DNA from: Candidatus Micrarchaeota archaeon | Lineage (GTDB): Archaea; Micrarchaeota; Micrarchaeia; Anstonellales; J096 | Assembly (NCBI GenBank): GCA_015522475.1 | Contig: WAMF01000001.1 | Coordinates: forward strand, 36,054-100,053 | Reading direction: 5' to 3' | Length of the DNA stretch: 64,000 nucleotides | Part shown: piece by piece, positions 48,338 to 57,228 of the stretch | How positions within the stretch are numbered: position 1 is the stretch's first letter | How the letters are laid out: every line of letters begins with the position of its first letter | The notes under the pieces: generated by a model | What the model saw: the letters and a program-made list of their open reading frames with translations, nothing else | Database searches by the model: none | Told to the model about the DNA's origin: nothing | Made by a program: the position numbers and the translations under genes

Positions 48338-48617
48338 GCGATCCCCTCTGAAATATGGGCTGCGAACAGTTAAAAGGTAAGCACACAAACTGCCGCTTAA
48401 ATGAAGCAGCTATGTAGGGTTGGCAGCTATTTCCTTGGAGAAAAACAACGCTTGGCTCATAAGAGGTAGCTGGCAAGTTTTGGGGTAAAGCACTAAGACT
48501 ATACATAAAGAAGCCGCTCAAAATAAAGAGAAGCAAGAATGAGAGAACAAATTCAATGGATGCCTGCCCTCTCGACGACAACTCAGCTAAGCCCAACACG
48601 GAGATTTTATGCCTCAT
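48306..48617 (-). CDS. small pilin-like protein (class III signal)
   Basis: RG-QASIEF prepilin motif followed by a hydrophobic helix. Confidence 0.75.
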   Translation of the reverse strand: MRHKISVLGLAELSSRGQASIEFVLSFLLLFILSGFFMYSLSALPQNLPATSYEPSVVFLQGNSCQPYIAASFKRQFVCLPFNCSQPIFQRGSHVCQKSTLLD

Positions 48618-48803
48618 TAACTTACCTCCCATACATATCAAGCCCTCTTAACTTCTCCATTTGTGCCTCGCTGTATCCCTTGCTACCCATTTCACAAACA
48701 TTTCTTTGCCTGCTCCAAACCCATTTCCCTTCTCTAAACCGTTGCATTTATTAGTGACAATAGGTTACCATAACGACTTCCGTCTCTGCTCTTCGTTTCC
48801 CAC

Positions 48804-49529
48804 TTATAGATAACGCGCTATAATCCTCTCTGTAGATCTTAACTTATCCAATATGTATGCTACAGTAATCGGATATAGGACAAATACAGAGAGGAGGTCT
48901 ACAAGAGGTATAAGGAACGTCAAGCCCACAATGAGGTAAAGGAAGAAAGGCACAAGAAGAGAAATCTCCTTAACAGAAACGACAATGCTCGCCTTAATAC
49001 TAGAGATGGGTTTGGCTGTATCCACAAGAGCCAGAATGAAAGGGGAATAAAAGAGAAGATAATCAATTATAAGAAGGAAAAGCGTGGCTGAAACACCAAT
49101 GACAGTCCCGACAAGAAGAGAATTTGCCGCAAAACGAAGGTACAAAAAGGCCGAAACGCCAACGATTATACCATTTACTATGCCAATTATAAGGGAAACA
49201 ATGAAGTACCTTAAAGCAGAAGATAAACTGTACGTCACATATTCTTCGGTAGCGAAGCGGCCTCTAGTAAAGTGAGCTGTATATATTCCCTTCAAGAGCC
49301 CACCAAAAAAGCCACTCTCGAGATAGAAGTAAAGCAGGCCTACAAGCCCTAGCAAAATGTATTTCCATTGCGCTATACCAAACACGTCTAAGAATAAATA
49401 GAGACTTGTGTAAATGAACACCATAAGAAAGAATGCAAGCACAGACACAAAAAGAAACGCTAGCAAGGGAAATATGAATCTCAAGGGCTTATCTATAACG
49501 GCATTATAGGCTGCTTTTAAACTTGCCAT
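48804..49529 (-). CDS. polytopic membrane protein
   Basis: About 6 TM helices; A.PISSIKAS motif. Confidence 0.75.
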   Translation of the reverse strand: MASLKAAYNAVIDKPLRFIFPLLAFLFVSVLAFFLMVFIYTSLYLFLDVFGIAQWKYILLGLVGLLYFYLESGFFGGLLKGIYTAHFTRGRFATEEYVTYSLSSALRYFIVSLIIGIVNGIIVGVSAFLYLRFAANSLLVGTVIGVSATLFLLIIDYLLFYSPFILALVDTAKPISSIKASIVVSVKEISLLVPFFLYLIVGLTFLIPLVDLLSVFVLYPITVAYILDKLRSTERIIARYL

Positions 49530-49632
49530 GGTATGACATCTCTTCCGTGGTATTTAAAAAGCTAATTGAAGCCCAAAATTAAAAAAGGAATTAAAAAAGA
49601 GGTTAAGGGTAAGGGGTAACTAAAACATAGAA

Positions 49633-50298
49633 TTACTCCTCTATCTCCAGCCTCTCAAAGTAAGAAATAGGCACTTTGAACTCGTCGTAGCCCTTTATGC
49701 CGCCGTGTTTTAGCATAAGCTCTCTAGCCAGAAGCCAAAAGAAAAGGGCTAAACTCTTCCTACCTTTGTTATTCATAGAAACGACGTGGTCTATGCCTTT
49801 TGTCATATTGTCTGTATCAACAAGACCAACAACAGGAATCTTGGTATAGTTGGCTTCTCTTATAGCTTCTTTCTCTGTCCTAGGGTCACATACAATAACA
49901 ACGCTAGGCTCTCTAAAGTGCTTACTTTCAGGATTTGTGAACGTGCCCGGAATAAACCTATCTGTAATTATATCTATGTCCTTGAAGAACTTCTTCAGTT
50001 TCTTCGCGGCATTTTGGGCGTAGGCCCTCGTCGCAACAATTGTTATGTCCTTGTTATCGAAGTTTTTTAGGAATTGGAGTGCTTCCCTCATATGCTCGTC
50101 TATAGCATGAATATCAAGTATGTATATGCCATCCTTCCTCTTTTTATAGATAAATTCTGCAGTGTCGCCATTCTTTAACTTCGTTCCAATATGTATGCCT
50201 GCTTCTAAATAACGCTCCACGGGCACAAGAAAACCTGCTGTTGCATTCTCTTCTGCGTTATTTTTAGTTTCCATTTCCTCTTTTGCCTCATCAACCAT
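49633..50298 (-). CDS. rps2: 30S ribosomal protein S2
   Basis: YLEAGIHIGT, RFIPGTFTNP and NNKGRKSL motifs. True start at 50298. Confidence 0.96.
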   Translation of the reverse strand: MVDEAKEEMETKNNAEENATAGFLVPVERYLEAGIHIGTKLKNGDTAEFIYKKRKDGIYILDIHAIDEHMREALQFLKNFDNKDITIVATRAYAQNAAKKLKKFFKDIDIITDRFIPGTFTNPESKHFREPSVVIVCDPRTEKEAIREANYTKIPVVGLVDTDNMTKGIDHVVSMNNKGRKSLALFFWLLARELMLKHGGIKGYDEFKVPISYFERLEIEE

Positions 50299-50337
50299 AT
50301 TCTCACCCAATTTTGATTCCTCGCCAGTGAAAAGTGA

Positions 50338-50440
50338 TGGGGCCGCCGAGAGTTTCAGGGCCAAGCACAAAGCAAAGCCCTTTTGAACTCGGGTTACGGG
50401 CACCCCAAGCCCGCAGGCTCCCAGGCTACCCCACGGCCCC
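50338..50440 (-). tRNA. tRNA-Pro(GGG) with 30-nt intron at 59/60 (50352..50381)
   Basis: Anticodon arm CGGGC-TTGGGGT-GCCCG. The T-loop is interrupted by a strict BHB (TTCA/TGAA central helix, two 3-nt bulges, GGGC/GCCC outer helix). Confidence 0.92.
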
Positions 50441-50460
50441 ATCGAGCGCGATTGCTAGCC

Positions 50461-50658
50461 TTAATCCCTTCTGTAGGGCAACACCTCTTTGTTAAGCTTT
50501 ACATAGCCCACGAACATACGCCTACAACAGTATCGTTTTATGCCCAGCTCTTCAAACGCCTCTTCGGGTGTCTTACCCTGCTCGAGGAGCTCCTTATAAG
50601 GTTTGAAGAGATGGCCTATAACCTTTCCACATGTAAGACAGCGCATAGGAACTTCCAT
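50461..50658 (-). CDS. rpoN: RNA polymerase subunit Rpo10/N
   Basis: PMRCLTCGK and RYCCRRM motifs. Confidence 0.96.
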   Translation of the reverse strand: MEVPMRCLTCGKVIGHLFKPYKELLEQGKTPEEAFEELGIKRYCCRRMFVGYVKLNKEVLPYRRD

Positions 50659-50662
50659 TGTA

Positions 50663-51280
50663 TCACCTATAACTCTTCTGGAACCTAGCCCTAGCCTTTC
50701 TGCCCTTGTACTTCTTGGGCTCAACTCTTCTAGAATCTTCAACTACGAGGTATTTATCTGTCTCATAGAGGCGATCCCAAAGCTTTTCGTCTCTCAAATA
50801 TTCAACAAGACCTACACTTATAGCTCGTCTTATTGCCTGGATTTGGCCCATAACACCTCCACCACTCACCTTAATCTTTATATCGACATTGCTTGGATCG
50901 ACACCTATAATTTCAAGAGGCTCTAGAAGAAGTTGTCGCAAGTACTCATTCTGGAATGTGTCAACGCTCTTGCCGTTTATTATGAATCGGCCTTTGCTAT
51001 TTTTATTCTCTTTGATGCTTGCACGAGCTATAGCTTCCTTTCGTTTGCCTCTTGCAAGTACAACCCTGCTGCGCTTTGTATGCTTGGTCCTCTTGGTTTT
51101 ATGTGCAGTGGTCTTGGCCTTTGCTCTGGGAGAACTTCTAGCTTTGCTGGATGAACCTTTTGATGAAGACGTGGACCTTCGTGTTGTTTTAGGCTTCTTT
51201 GGCTTCTCTGTTTTAGCCTCTACTTTCTTACCAGTAGCTCTCTCTTCGCTACCGGCCTTTTCAGATTTCTCAACCATCAT
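50663..51280 (-). CDS. rps9: 30S ribosomal protein S9 with long basic N-terminal extension
   Basis: GKRKEAIARA, GGGVMGQ and ARARFQKSYR motifs. Confidence 0.96.
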   Translation of the reverse strand: MMVEKSEKAGSEERATGKKVEAKTEKPKKPKTTRRSTSSSKGSSSKARSSPRAKAKTTAHKTKRTKHTKRSRVVLARGKRKEAIARASIKENKNSKGRFIINGKSVDTFQNEYLRQLLLEPLEIIGVDPSNVDIKIKVSGGGVMGQIQAIRRAISVGLVEYLRDEKLWDRLYETDKYLVVEDSRRVEPKKYKGRKARARFQKSYR

Positions 51281-51294
51281 ATCCCTCCTCTAAT

Positions 51295-51864
51295 TTATGA
51301 ACTAGGTTTTACGCCTGCAGCGCTTGTGGCCTTGTTTCCCTTCCAGCCCAAGTGCTTGCAGAGCTCACCCAACGTCATGAAACGTTCTATACTTTCAGAA
51401 GGCTTTGCTTCTTTAAGCGACTCACCAGGTTCTCTAAGTGGGTTGCCTACATACACCCTCAAGCGCTTAAAGGCAGCTCTCCCTACTGCTTTCTTTCTAG
51501 GAAGCATACCTCTTATTAAACGTCGTAAGAAGAGGTTGGGTACCTTTGGCCACTTAGGGCTTTTCTCAGGGTTCTGCTTACTCTTGAGATTGCGGCATTG
51601 TATGTACTTTTCTACGAGCCTTTTAGGGTTTCCAGAAAAGATAGCCTTCTCTGCATTAACGACGCGAACGCGCTTGCCATTGAGAAGTATCTTGGCAACT
51701 TTGGATGCCAGCCTTCCGGCAATGGCCTCGTTCGCATCAATAACGACTTCCTCTCCGGCCTTTTCAGCGGCAGCGCGCTTGCCTTTGGAATGAACATGAA
51801 CAGGTATAACCTTCTTGGTTTTCTCACTCTCCTTTTTCTCCATTTTACCTTTTCCAGTTGCCAT
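51295..51864 (-). CDS. rpl13: 50S ribosomal protein L13
   Basis: GRLASKVAK, VVNAEKA and IRGMLP motifs. Confidence 0.96.
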   Translation of the reverse strand: MATGKGKMEKKESEKTKKVIPVHVHSKGKRAAAEKAGEEVVIDANEAIAGRLASKVAKILLNGKRVRVVNAEKAIFSGNPKRLVEKYIQCRNLKSKQNPEKSPKWPKVPNLFLRRLIRGMLPRKKAVGRAAFKRLRVYVGNPLREPGESLKEAKPSESIERFMTLGELCKHLGWKGNKATSAAGVKPSS

Positions 51865-51874
51865 ACTTTCACCT

Positions 51875-52225
51875 CTAGATGAGGAGAATAATATCCTTCA
51901 GATCCTTAAGCTCATTGTAGGCATCTTCAAGCCTAAGGGCTCTCCCACCTGTCTTCTTTATGTTGTCTTTGGCACTCTCGCTAAATGCAAACGCCGCTAC
52001 AATGACTGTTTTAGTAAGCTCGCCATTGCCTAGCACTTTACCAGGCACAATGACTGTGGCACCATCCTTAGCATACTTATCAATCTTTGACAGGTTGATT
52101 GCCACGCGTTGCCTTTTGGGCTTAGCCAACAGCTCAGCTACACGCCTCCAAAAAGCCCGCTTGTCTTTGGAGAGCTCATCCACTAACTGCACTAAACGCT
52201 TATTTTCTGGTCTAGCCTTCATCAT
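51875..52225 (-). CDS. rpl18e: 50S ribosomal protein L18e
   Basis: INLSKI, VPGKVLGNG and AFAFSESA motifs. Confidence 0.96.
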   Translation of the reverse strand: MMKARPENKRLVQLVDELSKDKRAFWRRVAELLAKPKRQRVAINLSKIDKYAKDGATVIVPGKVLGNGELTKTVIVAAFAFSESAKDNIKKTGGRALRLEDAYNELKDLKDIILLI

Positions 52226-52404
52226 ATCACCACACGCTTGCGCTTGCCCTGCTTAGCAGGACTCCTCTCCCTTGGGAACAGAAGGCCTTAAAAAGGTAGA
52301 GGTTGGCTAGCTTCCGAAATCAAACAGTAATTGTACCTTCCAAGCACAACCAAAAAGAAAGGAAATGAAAGATAAAAAACAAAACCAAGATAGAGCAGCC
52401 CAAT

Positions 52405-52713
52405 TTAGAACAAGCTCTTTATGATGGGCTTAGCTACGAGCCATATAATGGCACTGATTATAGCTCCTATCAACAGATTCTGAGCCCATACCTTTGCTCT
52501 AGCTCCTGTCTCAGCCCCGAGCATATTACCAGCTGCATAAGCTATAGCTGCTAGAGCAACGAGCACAACTGTAAGGCTGGCGAAGAGGCTGGTTACGAAG
52601 TCCACCAAGCTACTCATTGCTCCAACGATATTTTGTGTTGTTATCGCAGCCATAGCTAGAGGGCTCAGAAGAGCAAGGGTTAGCAAAACTACGCCGATTT
52701 TCTTAGTATCCAT
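52405..52713 (-). CDS. TrbC/VirB2-like pilin
   Basis: Signal peptide, then two hydrophobic helices separated by a short polar RAK segment. Confidence 0.65.
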   Translation of the reverse strand: MDTKKIGVVLLTLALLSPLAMAAITTQNIVGAMSSLVDFVTSLFASLTVVLVALAAIAYAAGNMLGAETGARAKVWAQNLLIGAIISAIIWLVAKPIIKSLF

Positions 52714-52775
52714 GGATTCACCTCGAAGGAGATGGAAAGGAAAAGCTTAAAAATGGTTAACATGGTGTTTAAGGC

Positions 52776-54503
52776 ATGATGCTTATCAACAAAAATAACG
52801 AAAAACGCCTCCTCCTGCTCTCTGCTCTTCTTTTTGCAACAATCCGCCTGTTTTTTCCTCTCTATTTTGTTACGCCGGACACATACACATATATGTGTTC
52901 GTCTTTGCACCTCGGAGATGAACACATCTCTCTGAAACACCGCTTTAACTTATATGTGTGGCTTAATCATACATTAGTAACTTTATTTGGCACAGGTGCT
53001 GGTAGAGGTGCGATCGTTAAAAAAGTTGCGCTGGCTTTCAAAGGGCTACAAATAAGCGTGGCCATATTTCTCGGGCTCGCATTTGTGTTTATGTATTATA
53101 TCATTAGAGAGCTGAATGTCAAACCCGGAACAGCTCTTATGCTAAGCTTTGCACTTATGATATTACCGCCCATGAACCTTACAACAAACCTTATTGAAGA
53201 AGCAATGGCACTGCCTTTGGCTATATGGTTTTTGCTGGCATTTTTGCGAAGGGAAAAAGCTTTTGTATTCATGCTTGGCCTCCTGCTTGTCATGACAAAA
53301 TTAACGACGCTGGGTTTGGTCTTGTCTGCTTATGCTCTCCTTGCATTAGAGGTTGTAAAAGGCAAACGCAGTTTGTTAGGCAGATGGTTGAAAGGAAAAT
53401 TCTTCGGCAGGGCACACTCAACTCCTAGCCTTTCTTATTGGGTCTTAACTGCTAGTTTGTTCCTACTTGGCTGTCTCGCCGCTGTAGCGGCTGTAAACCC
53501 TTTAAGGTTATTCCCGCTCATAACAAGCTTTCCACTAAAAGCCTGGGCTCTCCAAATTGTAGGTTTCCTTTTATACATAACGCTTCTCACCTCGGGCTTT
53601 AACATCCCAAATGTACGAGAGGTATTCAATGAAAGGATGTCTGCTGCCCACTTCTCATTGACTACAACCAGCGTGCAAAGAGATCGTCTCCTTGTTTTGG
53701 GCATAGGAGCGCTAGCTTTCATGCTGCCAGTATACTTAGTCCGCATCCCTTACCCTGAATTCATCACAGTAGGCATATACAGTCGTTATTTAGACCTAGC
53801 AGCTTTGCCCCTCTATGTCTTAGGCTACTCACGATTGCCGTCTAAGAAGAGTTTTGTTTTGTTCCTTATAGCAGGTTTTTTAGCTGGCATGGGCCTTATG
53901 AATTTTGACCCCTCTGCAGCCCCAGTTATTTTAGAAGTACTGCCTTTTAGCTCCTTTCTCCCTGCGGTTGTAGCGCTCTGGCTCCTCCTCAGCACATACA
54001 AGTTAAAGAGCAACGCACTACTCCGACTGACACAGGCCGCTATAGTTGCAGCTCTGCTCATCCCATTCAACCCGCTCATCGAAGTGCATCACACAAGCAT
54101 AGGTGTAGCCTCGTCTAAAGACTTGGCTTACGCATGCCACCTGCTTGGTTATAATGTTTCTGCAGCTTCTCTGACTACAATCCACCCCTCCCTCAATACG
54201 CTCGCCCAAAGCAATACAGCACTAGGCAAAACGGGTATTATGGCCGCGGATAATCTGCGCGTTGTAGAAACAAAGCGTCTCGTGCCCATCAATGCGACAG
54301 TCGTGAACATCTGCTTGTTTAGAAAGCTATGGATAAAGGTCGATAACAAAAAGATATGGCTAGAGCCGCGTGAAAAGCTTCCTTTGAAGAATGTAAAGCC
54401 CATCAATGTTACGTTTGAGCTCATCCCACCAATAACGTGCAATCCTCTTGTGCCATATGTGGGGAGAGTGGGTGCGGCAGTCGTGGCAAATAACGGCAAC
54501 TAA
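52776..54503 (+). CDS. GT-C-fold-like polytopic membrane protein (putative glycosyltransferase)
   Basis: First loop TPDTYTY, IEE, TK and SRY motifs, 12 or more TMs and a C-terminal soluble domain. Confidence 0.6.
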   Translation: MMLINKNNEKRLLLLSALLFATIRLFFPLYFVTPDTYTYMCSSLHLGDEHISLKHRFNLYVWLNHTLVTLFGTGAGRGAIVKKVALAFKGLQISVAIFLGLAFVFMYYIIRELNVKPGTALMLSFALMILPPMNLTTNLIEEAMALPLAIWFLLAFLRREKAFVFMLGLLLVMTKLTTLGLVLSAYALLALEVVKGKRSLLGRWLKGKFFGRAHSTPSLSYWVLTASLFLLGCLAAVAAVNPLRLFPLITSFPLKAWALQIVGFLLYITLLTSGFNIPNVREVFNERMSAAHFSLTTTSVQRDRLLVLGIGALAFMLPVYLVRIPYPEFITVGIYSRYLDLAALPLYVLGYSRLPSKKSFVLFLIAGFLAGMGLMNFDPSAAPVILEVLPFSSFLPAVVALWLLLSTYKLKSNALLRLTQAAIVAALLIPFNPLIEVHHTSIGVASSKDLAYACHLLGYNVSAASLTTIHPSLNTLAQSNTALGKTGIMAADNLRVVETKRLVPINATVVNICLFRKLWIKVDNKKIWLEPREKLPLKNVKPINVTFELIPPITCNPLVPYVGRVGAAVVANNGN

Positions 54504-54540
54504 ACGAAAAGTAGGGTTCAGGAATAAAAAATAAAGAGAA

Positions 54541-54614
54541 CGCCCCCGCCGGGATTTGAACCCGGGCCATGGGATCCGCAGTCCCACATTCTATCCAAGC
54601 TGAACTACGGGGGC
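54541..54614 (-). tRNA. tRNA-Arg(GCG)
   Basis: Anticodon arm TGGGA-CTGCGGA-TCCCA; full cloverleaf. Confidence 0.96.
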
Positions 54615-54776
54615 AACATATAAGGGCGGAGAAACATTAATAAGACTAGAGGCCGCTAGATGAAAATTGCAGCCAGTTTGAGCTAAAGTTGGGTTTTAGG
54701 AGGAAGAAATAGAGTGGTGTAGAGAAGAGAGAAGTGAAAAAGGGATGATTAAACCAAAAAGATTAAATTATTACCC

Positions 54777-55355
54777 CTAGTTGTCCTTAGGGGGTTGAGA
54801 TTGAGAAGTGCCATTTCGGTTGTTGTTTTGGTTGTTGTCTTGGGCGTTCGGATTGTTAAACCTTCCTTCTTTTGCCAGCTCTCCTTTTAGCCTGCTGTAC
54901 TCGTTTAAAAACATCTCTGCCATATGAGCATCTACATCGTGAATTACTATTTCATAACCCATAGAACCGCCGGTGTTTATTTTAAGTGTCGTCGTGTTGA
55001 CAAGCCTATCTAATATGCTTTGCTCAGAGGCAGTATCCGTCACTTCAAAAACGCCCGCCCTTTTCTTTTGATGCCTAAGGACACCGCTCTCATATACAAT
55101 ATAGCCATCGGGCGTTAAATAAACCTTCGTCGTGAGATAGTGCAACTCAGAGTCTGCAAGCACATACAAGAATACAAGAATGCCCAAGCCCACAAGCGCG
55201 AGCGCATAGGACGCGACGCTACCGAGGAAGCTTGAAGGTACACCGGCAATAAAAAGATAAACACCTAAGACAAAGAAGAAGAGCGCTATTAATAGAGCTA
55301 TGCCATGTCGTCTTAAGATATAACCCCTATGCGAAGGGCGAATCATGCGTTCCAT
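54777..55355 (-). CDS. membrane protein with bPH_2 domain
   Basis: Two TMs, then ESGVL...QSILDRLV..TLKINTGG. Confidence 0.8.
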   Translation of the reverse strand: MERMIRPSHRGYILRRHGIALLIALFFFVLGVYLFIAGVPSSFLGSVASYALALVGLGILVFLYVLADSELHYLTTKVYLTPDGYIVYESGVLRHQKKRAGVFEVTDTASEQSILDRLVNTTTLKINTGGSMGYEIVIHDVDAHMAEMFLNEYSRLKGELAKEGRFNNPNAQDNNQNNNRNGTSQSQPPKDN

Positions 55356-55381
55356 GCTAAAAAAATAAAGGAAAAGGCTTA

Positions 55382-55678
55382 TTAAGCCTCCTTCTTTAAA
55401 ATGGTGATTTCGATGGCTGAAACCCTGCTTACCTTGCCATCCTCGCCAGTCAATTCCTCGGTGCCTATCTTAACATCCTTCACCACAGCCTCTGGCAAAT
55501 ACCTGTTCCTCAGCACTTCGGCCACTGTGATGGCTTTCGCTGTCAGTTTACCTCTTGCCTTTATAATAACTTCTTTGGCACCGTTGTTGTTGAACTGCGT
55601 CAATGCAGCCAACACGTAGCCCATGGCGGGCTTTTTCCCTATGTAGATTACGTTGTCTTCTTTTTTCTCTTCTGCCAT
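55382..55678 (-). CDS. albA: chromatin protein Alba
   Basis: IYIGKKPAMGYV, IKARG and VSAIEI motifs. Confidence 0.96.
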   Translation of the reverse strand: MAEEKKEDNVIYIGKKPAMGYVLAALTQFNNNGAKEVIIKARGKLTAKAITVAEVLRNRYLPEAVVKDVKIGTEELTGEDGKVSRVSAIEITILKKEA

Positions 55679-55769
55679 AATTTCACCTCTTAGATGCTTT
55701 ACACTCTAGAACGCTTACCCTCTATAGCATGCCATGGTTTTAAAAAGGTTTATGCTGCATAACGTCTTA

Positions 55770-56834
55770 ATGTCCCCCCAGTTGAATGCCAAGAGGTTAG
55801 GTAGTGTAGCCGGTAAGCTACGTCGTAAAAAGGCTAGCCAAGGCGCTCAACCCATCTTGCTCGAAGAGAAATCTGCCAACCAAATCGTCAACATCATTCT
55901 CTTGGATACACCCATGACTGTCATGACGGCTTTAATGTCTGGACAGCGCGACTTGGATAAAGCGATTATACGAGAAAAAACGGTTAGAGATGTTGCCTTA
56001 ACATACTCGCTGAGCCCATACCAATTCGAGAGCGAACTGTTCAAAAAAATAGCCACGCTCCACTCCAAAGGGGATTCGTGGATTTCAAAAAAGTCCAGAG
56101 AGTTGAGGGCAGAGTTCAGAAAAAAGCACCCTATTTACATAGACAACCTTCAAAAGCTCGGCCCCTCAGACATTGAAGACAAATGGCTCAAAGACGGGAA
56201 AGAAAGCATACGTGCAATCTCAGAAGAATGGGATGGCCTCTACCTATACATAGCCAAAAAAAGCAAGAGTAAAGCTAGCGGAGCTGGCATAGCAGCCCTA
56301 TTCAGAAAGTTCAAAAGCAAGGGCACATGGCTTCTCATTCTAGTCAAGGAAAGCGAAGACAAAAAAAGCAAAATAGATGCAAACACTGTCTTAGAAAAAA
56401 TAAGCAGGCGCTTAAAGGACGCGGACAAGATAGATGAGCTTCATATACGCACTGCCATAAACAACGTTAGTAATGAGTTGGGCGAAGAAGGAAAGAAGGC
56501 AAGTGTAGCAGTCGTGTATAGAAAAGAAGGTGGCGCTTTGATAGTGGGAGCTGGCGAGTTTTATCTAGAGGATAAATTAAAAAGAAGGCCGATTCCTCTG
56601 GCTGGAGAGGAACTAGGTAGTAACTTCCAGAGGATAAGAGGTAAAAAAGGCGCGAAGCACATGAAGCTCGGCGCGCTTAAGGTAGACGTAAAAAAGCTAA
56701 GTGCCCCCTTCTTGCTTTCGACAATGGAAGTCAGCAATGCAAAAAAGCTGAACGTGGAAAAAAAGCTTACAAAGAGCGCCGTAGAAAAGCTGAGAAAAAA
56801 GACAAATTTGGCCTTAGCTAGCATTGACTTGTGA
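55770..56834 (+). CDS. hypothetical Lys-rich protein (C-terminal half weakly PP2C-like)
   Basis: Long ORF with a TATA about 25 nt upstream of ATG 55770. Confidence 0.6.
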   Translation: MSPQLNAKRLGSVAGKLRRKKASQGAQPILLEEKSANQIVNIILLDTPMTVMTALMSGQRDLDKAIIREKTVRDVALTYSLSPYQFESELFKKIATLHSKGDSWISKKSRELRAEFRKKHPIYIDNLQKLGPSDIEDKWLKDGKESIRAISEEWDGLYLYIAKKSKSKASGAGIAALFRKFKSKGTWLLILVKESEDKKSKIDANTVLEKISRRLKDADKIDELHIRTAINNVSNELGEEGKKASVAVVYRKEGGALIVGAGEFYLEDKLKRRPIPLAGEELGSNFQRIRGKKGAKHMKLGALKVDVKKLSAPFLLSTMEVSNAKKLNVEKKLTKSAVEKLRKKTNLALASIDL

Positions 56835-57083
56835 TACGCGTTTATGAATTATAGCTTATGAGCTATCACAATGTGCACCCAACCTCCTGCCTGCATTTTC
56901 TAACTTCCCGCTCTCGCGAAACAACGACAAGCACAAAGCAAAGCCCACAGACGCATTTTTAAGCCCTTCGAGGCACATAAACACTCATCGCTTAGCCGCT
57001 CATCCACAGAGGTGGGCATCGAGATAAAGAAGGGTAAGCAGTAACTTGACCTGATCAGAAAAAATTGGAAGAGAGATCTGTAA

Positions 57084-57169
57084 GCAGGGGTCGCCAAGCC
57101 TGGTCAACGGCGTCAGGTTCAGGGCCTGATCCCTTAGTGGGTTCGTGGGTTCGAATCCCACCCCCTGCA
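57084..57169 (+). tRNA. tRNA-Leu(CAG)
   Basis: Anticodon arm TCAGG-TTCAGGG-CCTGA, variable arm and GGTTCGAATCC. Confidence 0.96.
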
Positions 57170-57228
57170 CTTCTCTTTTTTACATATTCGCTGTATTCCT
57201 ATCCTATTCAAAAGGCAAGAAGCGATTG

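Noticed and set aside
50299-50442. N-terminal extension of rps2 in the ORF track
   Set aside because: It overlaps tRNA-Pro; the true start is 50298.
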